This document shows positions 35,460-45,007 of a DNA stretch of 56,310 nt, in pieces. The first letter of the stretch is position 1, and the number at the start of each line of letters is the position of its first letter. The stretch comes from a virus. Made by a program: the position numbers and the translations under genes. The stretch lies in IMG/VR virus record IMGVR_UViG_3300022562_001240. The stretch is one strand, 5' to 3'. The notes beneath the pieces are model-generated. The model searched no databases. It saw only the letters and a list, made by a program, of their open reading frames with translations, and was not told where the DNA came from.

Positions 35460-36454
35460 TACTCGGTTCTCCTCCAGATATCATCCACATCATACGAGAT
35501 ATCTGTAATTAACTCAAGCTCTTCCCGCACTCTTCTTATAGGTTCCGACCAATCTCCTTCGGTCGATTGCCAGAAGAGTTTAACCGTGTCGTACCACATG
35601 GTTGTTTTAGAACGATCCCACAAAGGATTATCGTCGGATTTCATCAATCCAAAAGTTGGTTTGTTCATGGTGCCTGCCAAATGAAGGACAGATGAGTCTG
35701 TCGCAATGACCGCATCCATGGCGTCGATCAAAATTGCCACGTCGTTGAAATCGTATGTTGATGGCATCAACATTGATTCGGTGTTGGGCAAGGTGTAAAT
35801 GTTCCATCCCGATTCTTTAAGGACGGCCATTTGTTCCTCGGGGATTTGTTTGACGTGCAAACCACAAGCGGGCCGATTGGGCTGTATTGCCGCCTCGCCG
35901 TGAGGCAGAATCTCTGGCTGCCAAGGAACTTTGGTCTTCAGAATGACCGATCTGTCGGCGGGATAGTAGTGATCCAACTTGAGGCCACTCAACAGAGCCG
36001 GGATGCACATGATGTTGGTGTGGTAATCGCAAAGGACATGCTGATTGGTGAACTCATCCACGAACCAAACATCTTCCATCAATTTCTTTAAGGCTTCGTA
36101 GGCCGAGTAGCAATTCAGCACGATGCGACATTCCCATTCCCGCTTCAAAGCGGCGAGATATCTAAAGAAATTGATGGTGTTGCCGATGTTGAAGTCCGTG
36201 AACACTTCAATGGACGATCCACGCAGGGACTCCCCCCGCCAGTTGCGGCCAAAGTGTTTGGAAAGGTCTGGACGTGATGCGCCCAGTGTGTCTGAAACAA
36301 TCAGGCTGTAGAGTTCGCCGATGAGTTCGTGACTGGGATCTAATTTGCGGATAACTTCCAACAACTTGACGGCTTTATCGGGCAAGCCGATCCAGTAGTA
36401 GTTGTTGACAGTCGCCAGACCTTGATCAAGATACTGTTTGGAGTCCCGTGCCAT
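35459..36454 (-). CDS. GT9-like glycosyltransferase (heptosyltransferase family), paralog C
   Basis: VIATDSSVLHLAGTMNKPTFGL matches the GT9 D-SG-MHLA-A-G-P motif better than paralogs A and B do. Confidence 0.5.
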   Translation of the reverse strand: MARDSKQYLDQGLATVNNYYWIGLPDKAVKLLEVIRKLDPSHELIGELYSLIVSDTLGASRPDLSKHFGRNWRGESLRGSSIEVFTDFNIGNTINFFRYLAALKREWECRIVLNCYSAYEALKKLMEDVWFVDEFTNQHVLCDYHTNIMCIPALLSGLKLDHYYPADRSVILKTKVPWQPEILPHGEAAIQPNRPACGLHVKQIPEEQMAVLKESGWNIYTLPNTESMLMPSTYDFNDVAILIDAMDAVIATDSSVLHLAGTMNKPTFGLMKSDDNPLWDRSKTTMWYDTVKLFWQSTEGDWSEPIRRVREELELITDISYDVDDIWRRTE

Positions 36455-37289
36455 GAATGCTGTCCCTCAACTCTCGAATTTCCTGATGCGTCGGATCGTC
36501 GCTTTCATCGAGATTGACAAGGAACTCGTCGGACACTTCTGGCCTTCCGCCCTTGGGATAGCAGAAAATGTTCAACGAATTGCCTGCATTCAAGACATCC
36601 ACCTTGTGATACTTGAAGTTGTCTGGATTGTAGACAGGAGTTTCATGCAACTCCCAGTCATAACCCACATGCTCCACGAATCTCAAAATGTCTTCCCTGT
36701 TGTCGGCAAAGTTCACATACAACAGAGGGGTGGACCTATCGATGGTGCGACGGCAACCATTCAGTACAGAAAGCTCCATGCCCTGCACTGACACCTTAAT
36801 CAACTTGGGCTTCGCCAAGTTGACATCATCGATGGCAATTGATGCTACCGGATTATCACATTTACGTCCATCTCGGTCCTTGGCATTCAACAATGTCGCC
36901 AAGCTGATTTGTGATAGATCGACTTCACCATTGATGTCAACCGATGGGAAGTAACAGACGCCTTTGCTGGAATCTGTCACCGAACGGTTGAATGCTTGGA
37001 TGTTGGTGATCTGGTTGAGAGCGATGTTGCCGCACAACATGAAGTACAGGAACGTGTGAGCCTCAATTGCCAAGACGTAACCCTCTGAGGTAACGTGCTT
37101 CGCCAAAGGAATCGTGATCGATCCAATGTTGGCCCCAACATCAACGACCACATCACCCTTGTCAGTCAGCTTCTTCAAGAATTCTACCTTGAAAGAATTG
37201 ACTTCTCCGTAGGTGTCCAGAGAACGACCTACCAATTGATCGTTCTCTAAGAACATCATGTCTCCATACTTCGTGCTGCTGACTTTCAT
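36426..37289 (-). CDS. FkbM-family methyltransferase, copy 1
   Basis: VVDVGANIGSITIPLA plus the family-typical downstream architecture. Paralog of 52872-53705. Confidence 0.65.
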   Translation of the reverse strand: MKVSSTKYGDMMFLENDQLVGRSLDTYGEVNSFKVEFLKKLTDKGDVVVDVGANIGSITIPLAKHVTSEGYVLAIEAHTFLYFMLCGNIALNQITNIQAFNRSVTDSSKGVCYFPSVDINGEVDLSQISLATLLNAKDRDGRKCDNPVASIAIDDVNLAKPKLIKVSVQGMELSVLNGCRRTIDRSTPLLYVNFADNREDILRFVEHVGYDWELHETPVYNPDNFKYHKVDVLNAGNSLNIFCYPKGGRPEVSDEFLVNLDESDDPTHQEIRELRDSIHGTGLQTVS

Positions 37290-38530
37290 GCTGCTGCCTC
37301 TCTCTTATCGTTTTCTTTGCCCAAGATCTTACGGATGGCTTCGATGATCTGCTCGTTGCGATCTTCTTCGCTGAGATTGGGGGCATAACCCCAGTTCCCG
37401 AATCCGAAGTTCCCATCATCGTTATCCGATTCATCGGGGCCGACATTGGCCGTCTCGATATAAGAAGAGTCCAACTTTCCGCCTTTTAGGGCGTTGTCGA
37501 GGTGTTGTTTCACACTATCTTCGTATCTCCAAGAACAAACCTGCGTCATGCCCAACAGATTAACCTTGCTGGGACCGAGTTCTTCTTTGATGATCTTGAT
37601 CATCCGGCTGTTGTCGTCGCCCCAGTTGTCACCATCTGAGAAGTAGAAGATGTAGACGTTGTACTTCTCTGGCGGATATCTGTTTTCCAACTGATCCGCA
37701 ATGGCCCGGAACGCCGACGAACACATTGTTCCACCACCATAACGATAGGTGTAGAACGCCTCTTCGTTGACTTCCTGTGCTCTGGTGTCGTGGACAAAGT
37801 AGCAACGATCCACCTTGTCATAGAATTTTCTGATCCAGCAGTCGATCCACCAACTCATGTCGCTGACAATATCGCAGCGATAGTCGTCCATCGACGCCGA
37901 GCAGTCTCGGGCGAAGAAGATGACAGCATTCGAGGAAGGAATCTTGATCTGTTTGTACTGTCGATATCTGAAGTCGTTGTTGATGGGCGTCAGCAATCGA
38001 ACTGGCACCTTGCAGCCCGGCACCCACTGGAGGTTCTCCAGTTCGCCGGTCATCGACAATCGCTTCAGTGCTTCCTTCATCGTTCGACGAGGATGGCGCA
38101 ACGCTTGCAAACCGACCCGAGAGATATCGTTGTACTTGATCTTGATCTCTTCGTAGGTTTCATTGGGCTTGGGCCTCATGCGAGGCAACTTCAGTTCGTC
38201 CTGCATGAACCGCAGAACGTCATCCATATCGATAGTGATCTGGATGCCTTCACCGGGATCTTCCCCAGCTTTGTTGCCACCCTTGCCCGGTTGTGGGTCT
38301 CGCCCAACAACGTCGCCTTCTTTTCCCGGCCCACGACCGACACCTTCCCCGTTGCTTCCAAACACGAAGCGAGGAATCTCGATCTGCGGGATAGAGATCG
38401 TCATCTTGCCGCCCTTGGGCCGCTGACGAACGATGGACCCCGACTTGATCAGTCTTTTCAATTCACGTCGGGTGCGTCCAGAGATCACATCTCTGAACTT
38501 CTTATGATCTTCTTGGATTCTCTTTGGCAT
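37286..38530 (-). CDS. yhbH: YhbH/YeaH-family protein (DUF444, vWA-like)
   Basis: N-terminal FRDVISGRTRRELKRLIKSG...ISIPQIEIPRFVFG, then a Gly-rich segment, then DCSASMDD and FSDGDNWGDD. Confidence 0.75.
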   Translation of the reverse strand: MPKRIQEDHKKFRDVISGRTRRELKRLIKSGSIVRQRPKGGKMTISIPQIEIPRFVFGSNGEGVGRGPGKEGDVVGRDPQPGKGGNKAGEDPGEGIQITIDMDDVLRFMQDELKLPRMRPKPNETYEEIKIKYNDISRVGLQALRHPRRTMKEALKRLSMTGELENLQWVPGCKVPVRLLTPINNDFRYRQYKQIKIPSSNAVIFFARDCSASMDDYRCDIVSDMSWWIDCWIRKFYDKVDRCYFVHDTRAQEVNEEAFYTYRYGGGTMCSSAFRAIADQLENRYPPEKYNVYIFYFSDGDNWGDDNSRMIKIIKEELGPSKVNLLGMTQVCSWRYEDSVKQHLDNALKGGKLDSSYIETANVGPDESDNDDGNFGFGNWGYAPNLSEEDRNEQIIEAIRKILGKENDKREAAA

Positions 38531-38610
38531 GATGCTCCCCTTGTGTAAGAAAAGAGGGCGATAGCGGTAGAGTAACGATCAACCACCACTACCGCCCCCA
38601 ACGTCCGTCA

Positions 38611-40695
38611 TTACTCGGAGACATCGCCTCTGGCAAAGATGCTGCTCACATAATCGAGCACATCAGTAGCCGACTGCTGGTTGTATCCGCACTGCTTAAT
38701 CAATCGAGTCTTGATGGCATCGATCTTTTCTTGCAGATCGGGGTCCAACTCGGCAGCTTCTTTTGTCAAAGCCGACAACTTGATCGTGTCTTTGACATCT
38801 TCAAAGACCTTGGCTTCAAGAGCCCGCTTCAACTCAGGATTGCTGTCCCAGCGGAACTTTTTGTCCCGAGAAGCCAGCGTGCCGATAAAGGCGGCGAGCG
38901 AACGTCGGAAGTCGTCACAACCCTGTTCGGGGATGCCGTTCTTCTCTTCAATGCTACGCATCAGTCGCTCGTCGGGGTCCATGAGGTTGCCCGTAATCGG
39001 GTTCTCCATCTTCTCGTCATTGACGTAGGCGATCACGTTGTCAACGTATTTGTTGCACAGTCGTTCAATGGCCTTCTCATCGGCGACGAGAGCACGTTGG
39101 ACCTCGTTTTTCAGGATTTCGTCGAGTTCCTTGATTGCCAATTCGACACAGAACTCATACTTCTTCCTGTCCTCCACCTTGGTAATCAGCGACGAGTGAC
39201 CCAAACCTTCCTTGATTTCGCTGAGCACATGGAACACGTTCACATAATGCTTGCGGCGAGCCAATTGGTTCGAGATCTTGTCCTGCACATATCGTGCAGA
39301 CACGCCACCGATCATACCTTCATCTGGGAACTTGTCCCGAAGCTCCTTCACGGTATCTTCGGTCCAGCCCGGAAGCTGACGGCCATCATAAAGTTTGGCC
39401 TTGTCCCGCAGATCGAGTTTCCCCTCACCGTCATCGTGTAAACGAGTCAGAATGGCGAAGAAAGCAGCGATCTCCAAAGTATGTGGCATGATGTGTTGCT
39501 TGACTTTTCCGGGACCATACAGGTGTTCCAGAATCTTCTGCTCATCCGACCAGCGAAGCAGGTACGGCACATCCACCTTGACGGTTCGGTCACGAAGAGC
39601 TTCCATGAACTGGTTGTTCTTGAGCTTTTCGTACTCGGGGTTGTTCGTGTGAGCAATGATCAACTCATCGATCACAATCTGAGGGAACTTCTTCGGCTTG
39701 ATCTGGTGCTCTTGAGACGCTCCCAGAAGATCGTAGAGAAATGCGTTGTCGAGCTTCAACATTTCGATGAATTCACAGATGCCTCGGTTGGCAACTTGGA
39801 ATTCGCCGTCGAAGTCGAAAGCACGAGGATCTGAGTCGGCCCCGAAGTGGCCGATCTTGCGATAGTTCATATCGCCGGTGAGTTCCGTGCTGTCCTGATT
39901 CTTCTCGTCCTTGGGCTGGAATGTTCCGATGCCCACACGATCCGTTTCAGAGTGACATCTGCGGACCACCACGATGTGGTTGTCGATGACCTTCTGCCAA
40001 TCCCCATCATAGGTCTTGAGCAGGTGGTTCAAGAACAGCTTGCAGCGGGGATTGATCTCTCCCTCACAGATCAGCTTGTAGAGACTGTCCTTGTCGTCAT
40101 CACTCGCCATGTCTGTGAACGTGGCGTTGAGATCCTTCAAGAACTCCTGCCGCATGGGAATCGGCATCAGCTTCAAAGGATTTTCGTTGAGAGCCGCATC
40201 GCAGGTGTCATTCAGGTAGATCGCATTCTGCCCTTCGAAGGGAAGATTGACCCACTTGTAAGTGTACCATGCACCAGCATTGGTGCGGCTGTAGCGTTCC
40301 AGACCTCTCTTCAAGAGGCGGCAGATGGTGGATTTCGACGAACCCACCGGACCATGCAGCAAGAGCACACGCTTCTCGGTTCCATAAGAACCGGCTGCAC
40401 CGTGAATGAAATCGACAAGACCCTGAAGAGTCTTCTCTTCCAATCCGAAGATCGGAAGGGTGTCGTCGTCGAAGAAGTGGTATCTGGTGTGTGTCTTTCG
40501 ATAACGCTCGAAAGTGCTGGTGCCCTTTTCCATGATCATGTCATAGACATATTGGAAAGCGTTACGGGCCAGCGTTGGCCGCTTCATGACCAAGTTCAGG
40601 TAGTCGCCATACGACATTTCTTCGTTCAAGGCGAGAAACTGTTCTCGATCATAAAGTTCAGCGTACTTGCTTAAGAAAGTAGTTGTGTTCTCCAT
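38611..40695 (-). CDS. prkA: PrkA-family serine protein kinase (YeaG-like, AAA-type N-domain)
   Basis: 694 aa. Walker A LLLHGPVGSSKSTI and PrkA-like organisation throughout. Confidence 0.8.
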   Translation of the reverse strand: MENTTTFLSKYAELYDREQFLALNEEMSYGDYLNLVMKRPTLARNAFQYVYDMIMEKGTSTFERYRKTHTRYHFFDDDTLPIFGLEEKTLQGLVDFIHGAAGSYGTEKRVLLLHGPVGSSKSTICRLLKRGLERYSRTNAGAWYTYKWVNLPFEGQNAIYLNDTCDAALNENPLKLMPIPMRQEFLKDLNATFTDMASDDDKDSLYKLICEGEINPRCKLFLNHLLKTYDGDWQKVIDNHIVVVRRCHSETDRVGIGTFQPKDEKNQDSTELTGDMNYRKIGHFGADSDPRAFDFDGEFQVANRGICEFIEMLKLDNAFLYDLLGASQEHQIKPKKFPQIVIDELIIAHTNNPEYEKLKNNQFMEALRDRTVKVDVPYLLRWSDEQKILEHLYGPGKVKQHIMPHTLEIAAFFAILTRLHDDGEGKLDLRDKAKLYDGRQLPGWTEDTVKELRDKFPDEGMIGGVSARYVQDKISNQLARRKHYVNVFHVLSEIKEGLGHSSLITKVEDRKKYEFCVELAIKELDEILKNEVQRALVADEKAIERLCNKYVDNVIAYVNDEKMENPITGNLMDPDERLMRSIEEKNGIPEQGCDDFRRSLAAFIGTLASRDKKFRWDSNPELKRALEAKVFEDVKDTIKLSALTKEAAELDPDLQEKIDAIKTRLIKQCGYNQQSATDVLDYVSSIFARGDVSE

Positions 40696-40802
40696 GAAAA
40701 ACCCCTTATATCATGTGACCGATGCAAGGAGTCTATCAGATGGTTGCAGTTGTTACAAGAGGTCTTCTGCGAAAATCTTTAAGATGGAGAGAAAATCGAT
40801 AT

Positions 40803-41060
40803 TTAAGAAATCGACTTCAAAACAGAAGGCACAGTCATTGGTCTGTTGGGTCCGAGGCCCGGACCAGCAGGACGTGCGGGCTTCGTTGCTTTTGGCCCAG
40901 CTTTCATCATGTTTCTGATGGCATCGCCTCGACCCATACCAAATGGTGGTTTCACATCTTTGATCATCAGCTTGAAGATGTTCTTTTCGCCACCAGCTTT
41001 TCCGACTGGGCCGTAGAGACCATGAAGTTCTTCGTTCTGTAAGAATTCCTTAAACCTCAT
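40803..41060 (-). CDS. member of the N-terminal-motif family (MRFKEFLQNEELHG...); Pro/Gly/Lys-rich tail
   Basis: GAGGATGA ribosome-binding site. Start overlaps the previous stop in ATGA. Confidence 0.45.
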   Translation of the reverse strand: MRFKEFLQNEELHGLYGPVGKAGGEKNIFKLMIKDVKPPFGMGRGDAIRNMMKAGPKATKPARPAGPGLGPNRPMTVPSVLKSIS

Positions 41061-41428
41061 GACTTTTTCATCCTCTTCAACATCATCTTCTTCATGCCGA
41101 ACATCTTCGGTTTCGGAATCTTCAAACCTTGAATGGGGGAATCGAGAGACATCTTGAAAGCGACGTTGCCAGCATTGGTCGCACCACCAATCTTCGGCGG
41201 AACAATCTTATCCATGCCCCAGCCCACATCCTTCAAGAATGTTTTGTTCAATGAAGATGGGTTCCCAGAAAGATCCATCCAGTTTGTTTGACGGTCGGAG
41301 AACTTGGGTGACTGTTGAAGAAATTGCGAAGACTTCTCCGTCGCCTGACTCGTTTGAGTGGCTTGATTATCACGGGTTCCGTCAGAACCCACTTCGATCT
41401 CATTGTACAGCCATGCCTTAAATCTCAT
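41057..41428 (-). CDS. member of the N-terminal-motif family (MRFKAWLYNEIEVG...); Met/Lys-rich tail
   Basis: Start placed at the ATG at 41428 by analogy with the other family members. The longer track ORF begins at a GTG at 41491. Confidence 0.4.
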   Translation of the reverse strand: MRFKAWLYNEIEVGSDGTRDNQATQTSQATEKSSQFLQQSPKFSDRQTNWMDLSGNPSSLNKTFLKDVGWGMDKIVPPKIGGATNAGNVAFKMSLDSPIQGLKIPKPKMFGMKKMMLKRMKKS

Positions 41429-41445
41429 GCAATTATCTATGAGAC

Positions 41446-41724
41446 CTACTCCCACTTCTCCACACCGTCTTCCCAATAGTGCAAAATCCACTTTCCGCTA
41501 GTGGAGAAGTATTTCCGGTCGATCACGATCTGCCCATCATGAACTCTTCGATGGCAATTAGAACATGTGACTACAGTGTTGTAGTCTGTATATTCGCCGC
41601 CCTCTTCGCCCGGAACAATGCGGTGGCAATCCAACAAGGCGTAGTCGTCAATATCGCAGAAGTAGCACTTTCCTTCGAGACGCTTCTTAGACTTCTTATC
41701 AATAAGTTTTTTCGGCCTTGCCAT
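41446..41724 (-). CDS. HNH endonuclease
   Basis: CYFCD...LDCHRIVPGEEGGEY...NTVVTCSNCHRRVH is an HNH / zinc-finger nuclease motif. Confidence 0.6.
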   Translation of the reverse strand: MARPKKLIDKKSKKRLEGKCYFCDIDDYALLDCHRIVPGEEGGEYTDYNTVVTCSNCHRRVHDGQIVIDRKYFSTSGKWILHYWEDGVEKWE

Positions 41725-41768
41725 ATAACCTCCTCTTGCATAGATATGGTAACGAAAAGGAGGTTTCT

Positions 41769-41945
41769 ATGCGAGCACTATCTGCTTTGCTCCTCGGCCT
41801 CGCCCTGTGTTTCTCAGTGGGCTGCTCTTCTTCTGACAAGTGTTGCGACGATGGTTGCCACTGCCAAAAGGACGGTAAGTGTTGCTGTGAGAACGGCGAA
41901 TGCAAAGAGGGCTGCGATTGCGTCAACTGCGATTGCAAGAAATAA
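41769..41945 (+). CDS. metallothionein-like Cys-rich lipoprotein (58 aa)
   Basis: AAAGGAGG ribosome-binding site 7 nt upstream of the ATG at 41769. Signal/lipobox MRALSALLLGLALCFSVGC, then CCDDGCHCQKDGKCCCENGECKEGCDCVNCDCKK (14 Cys in 35 residues). Confidence 0.55.
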   Translation: MRALSALLLGLALCFSVGCSSSDKCCDDGCHCQKDGKCCCENGECKEGCDCVNCDCKK

Positions 41946-41952
41946 CCACGAA

Positions 41953-41984
41953 GAAAAGCCGCCAGAAATGGCGGCTTTTTTCAT
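41953..41984. terminator. bidirectional rho-independent terminator between convergent genes
   Basis: AAAAGCCGCC-AGAAAT-GGCGGCTTTTTT: a GC stem with U/A tracts on both sides. Confidence 0.6.
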
Positions 41985-43351
41985 TACTTAAGGAACCCAG
42001 TTGTGCTCAACCCATCCATCAAAGGAGCACACAAAACCTCCGGGACAATATCCGCCCCGACGATATCCGACTTCTTGTAGTCCGCTCCCTTTACCAGCAC
42101 GTCTGGCCGGATCTCCTTAATAATCTCCAAAGGTGTGTCCTCGTCGAAAGATACGACGAAATCGACCATCTCCAGAGCCGCCATGACCTTCATTCGTTGG
42201 TCCAATGGCTTCAGAGGCCGCTCAGGGCCTTTCAGACGCTTCACAGAATCGTCCGAGTTCAATGCCACGACCAGCTTGTCTCCTTGGCTCTTAGCGAACC
42301 TGAGCGTCTCCAGATGGCCTTCGTGGAGGATGTCGAAGCAACCGTTGGTAAAGACCAGCTTGAAATCTCGGCTGGCGAGATCAAGCCCGTTTTCGACCAA
42401 GCCCCGGTGGGCCATCTCGGCTGGGACAATGGGCCGGTTCATCTTGTTCTGGACGTAGACGGCTCCAGCCGTCCATGCGATCTCTGCCGCCTCTGGGACC
42501 GAGAATCCGTGCCCAATCGCCATCGCAAAAGTTGCACAGAAACAATCGCCAGCCCCAATCACACTCTCTACCTCCACGGTTCGAGTGGGGTTAAAGCAGA
42601 AGAACTCGTCGTGCCAGACTCCCGCCACCTTCTCGCCGCCGAACGTAATCACAACGCCTTCACACTCGGTTTCGTTCTGCAAATGTTTGGCCTGTTCTCG
42701 CCATGTGCTGCGACCAGTCAGATCTGCGGCCTCTTTGGCGTTTGGCTTCAAAATCGTGCAACCTCGCCATTTGCTCAATGGCCCATTCTTTGGATCAACG
42801 ATGGTTGTGACATCATGATAGAAATCGAGGATGCTGTGTTCCTCGCTGGCGAAGAAACCTTTGTTATAGTCTGACAGAATGGCGACATCTGGCTTGGACG
42901 ACTTAGCGATCACGCTCTCAAGATGTTCTGTGACAAAATCAAGCAGATATTCGTCGAGGCCACAGTTGGGTGATTCGATATCGTGTCGCACGACTTGGAC
43001 GCCGCCATCGAGGAAACGTCGTTTGATTGGGAGGCTTGCTTCGATACCACTGAAAGGGGCACAGGTCCATGACAAGCCATGTTCATCAAAAACCCTTGCT
43101 GCTTTGTCATCATAGAAACAAAACAGCAAGGGATCGACATTGAAGTGTTTGAATTGGTAAGCGACATTCGCTGCGCCGCCCGGCTTCCGCACACGCTGGG
43201 AATGCGGGGACCACATGATCGGCATGGGAAACTCGGGACTGATGCGATTGACCTTCACTTCATAGTATTCGTCGATCATTGCATCGCCGAGCACATGAAT
43301 CTTAAGATTCTGGCTCCTGTTCTTTTGTAGAAAGGTCTGGATGTGACTCAT
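41984..43351 (-). CDS. hldE: bifunctional D-glycero-beta-D-manno-heptose-7-phosphate kinase / heptose-1-phosphate adenylyltransferase
   Basis: 455 aa. N-terminal pfkB kinase (KPGGAANVA, GAGDCFCA). C-terminal cytidylyltransferase (TNGCFDILHEGH, DYKKSDIVG). Collinear with E. coli HldE. Confidence 0.85.
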   Translation of the reverse strand: MSHIQTFLQKNRSQNLKIHVLGDAMIDEYYEVKVNRISPEFPMPIMWSPHSQRVRKPGGAANVAYQFKHFNVDPLLFCFYDDKAARVFDEHGLSWTCAPFSGIEASLPIKRRFLDGGVQVVRHDIESPNCGLDEYLLDFVTEHLESVIAKSSKPDVAILSDYNKGFFASEEHSILDFYHDVTTIVDPKNGPLSKWRGCTILKPNAKEAADLTGRSTWREQAKHLQNETECEGVVITFGGEKVAGVWHDEFFCFNPTRTVEVESVIGAGDCFCATFAMAIGHGFSVPEAAEIAWTAGAVYVQNKMNRPIVPAEMAHRGLVENGLDLASRDFKLVFTNGCFDILHEGHLETLRFAKSQGDKLVVALNSDDSVKRLKGPERPLKPLDQRMKVMAALEMVDFVVSFDEDTPLEIIKEIRPDVLVKGADYKKSDIVGADIVPEVLCAPLMDGLSTTGFLK

Positions 43352-43568
43352 TCTCCTCCTTCGAGCCCTTCCACCAATTCCATACCGGGATGAATAGCTG
43401 AACGGCTACCCAGCCGATAACACCTTGTAGAGCAGCTTTGAATGCGAACCATCCGAATGCACCAACGGCGGCGGTGGTCACAGGATCAAGGAGATCCTTC
43501 TGCTCATGGTTTTGGGCAGAGACTTGTACGTTTTGGTCTGCTGCGGGTTTGTTAAGCTTTCTTGCCAT
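43302..43568 (-). CDS. membrane protein (88 aa; one TM helix and a Trp-rich segment)
   Basis: AVGAFGWFAFKAALQGVIGWVAVQLFIPVWNWW hydrophobic segment. Confidence 0.4.
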   Translation of the reverse strand: MARKLNKPAADQNVQVSAQNHEQKDLLDPVTTAAVGAFGWFAFKAALQGVIGWVAVQLFIPVWNWWKGSKEENESHPDLSTKEQEPES

Positions 43569-43635
43569 AGAACACCTCCGCAGTATTTATGGCTGATAAC
43601 CCGCAGTATCCTATGAGAGTGCCAAAACGAAAAAA

Positions 43636-43660
43636 CCGCCGTGCAAAACTGCACGGCGGC
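43636..43660 (-). terminator. rho-independent terminator
   Basis: CCGCCGTGCA-AAAC-TGCACGGCGG, a 10-bp stem followed on the minus strand by UUUUUUCGUUUUGG. Confidence 0.6.
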
Positions 43661-43767
43661 GACTAGGAGATCACATGTTCGCCTTTTCAGAAAATGACGT
43701 TCATGGAATTATGACTGGCAGATTTCCTTGTTCCTGCTGATTTCTGCAATCACAAATTAAGAGAGTG

Positions 43768-44502
43768 TCACTTGATGTATTTTTCGGCGACCCAATTCCA
43801 AGAAATTTCATACATCTTGCGGAGGGCAGCCTGCCCTCTTGAGGAGATCTGAACCGTCTCCAATGATTCAAAGAGATGGGGAGGGAGATAGAAGTTGTAC
43901 TTGGTGTAGTTTTGCTCTGACTTCTGGTGTCTTACTTGAGCACCATCTCCACGAGACCACGCCTCGAACAAAGGAACTGGTTTTCTGGCCCAGTCCTGAT
44001 CCAACTTTTGGACTTCGTTCCAAAAGTCAGACGACTTGATTCGATGGATCTTTGTGAAGCCCCCGTGCTCCCAGATCGCTGCGTAGTTGTACTCAGTCGT
44101 ATGTGCCTGCAAACCGAGATAGTCTCTGCCGTCTGATGTCTGGCTGGAATTGAAGCCATGAAACGGCTGAAGTCGAACACAGGGAAAGTCTGGATAACTC
44201 TTGTTCCTGATCTTGTATTGAATGGGAACATTCCCATTCACAAAAGCGTCCTGCCTCAACTCTCTGTCTTCTTCTGCCGTCGCCAACCTGTCGATTTGAA
44301 TTCTTGACAGGGCTTGCTCTTCATAGATCAGCAGGCAGAGTGTCCAGATAGAGGAAATCAAGGTTCGGATTCCAAATGGTTCTCCCTTGACGGCTTCACC
44401 GTATGTGAAGAACCTGTTTCCGATTCGTATCCTCGTGAAGTCGGCGTTATAGCGAGCCAAACTCCACTCGTACAACTCCTTGAATCTCTCAATTGGCTTC
44501 AT
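43768..44502 (-). CDS. hypothetical protein (244 aa)
   Basis: ORF on the dominant strand. Confidence 0.45.
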   Translation of the reverse strand: MKPIERFKELYEWSLARYNADFTRIRIGNRFFTYGEAVKGEPFGIRTLISSIWTLCLLIYEEQALSRIQIDRLATAEEDRELRQDAFVNGNVPIQYKIRNKSYPDFPCVRLQPFHGFNSSQTSDGRDYLGLQAHTTEYNYAAIWEHGGFTKIHRIKSSDFWNEVQKLDQDWARKPVPLFEAWSRGDGAQVRHQKSEQNYTKYNFYLPPHLFESLETVQISSRGQAALRKMYEISWNWVAEKYIK

Positions 44503-45007
44503 CAGAATCCCTTCGATATCTCACAACGTCAAAACCATTGTACGATTTGACGGTTTCTCCAGTCCAGCCCACAAGCTCGGGGAAGAAGGTGTCTCCTTCA
44601 AAATCCCCACTGACTTCCGATGCCCAAATTTCCGTAATGAGATTGGCGTCGAGAGCCTGCTGGTAGATTTCGCCGCCGCCAATGATCCAGACGGTAGCAC
44701 CCGGAACCGTCAAATCAATGAGTTCCAGTGCTCTGTTTATCGACGAAACATACTGCGGAGCTTTAGGGTCGAAGAAAAGTTCGTTGGTTTTCTGGGTACG
44801 AGACACCACCAGATTCATACGATTCGGCAGCGGGCGGAACTTCTCTGGAATCGAATCATAGGTCTTCCGGCCCATGATGACAGGATCGAATCCCGTGGTC
44901 TCCTTGAAGTGCTTCATGTCCTCTGGCAAATGCCAAGGCAGTTTGCCACCTTTGCCGATGACACGATTGTTCTTCGCATACGCCACAATGATTCTGGCAT
45001 CAATCAT
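44489..45007 (-). CDS. folA: dihydrofolate reductase
   Basis: MIDARIIVAYAKNNRVIGKGGKLPWHLPEDMKHFKETTGFDPVIMGRKTYDSIP is collinear with bacterial and T4 DHFR. Confidence 0.8.
   Translation of the reverse strand: MIDARIIVAYAKNNRVIGKGGKLPWHLPEDMKHFKETTGFDPVIMGRKTYDSIPEKFRPLPNRMNLVVSRTQKTNELFFDPKAPQYVSSINRALELIDLTVPGATVWIIGGGEIYQQALDANLITEIWASEVSGDFEGDTFFPELVGWTGETVKSYNGFDVVRYRRDSDEAN

Noticed and set aside
41428-41491. Longer 144-aa form of the 41057-41491 ORF starting at the GTG at 41491
   Set aside because: All other family members start exactly at the M-x-F-K motif, and the ATG at 41428 lies 18 nt after the HNH stop codon. The internal start was preferred.
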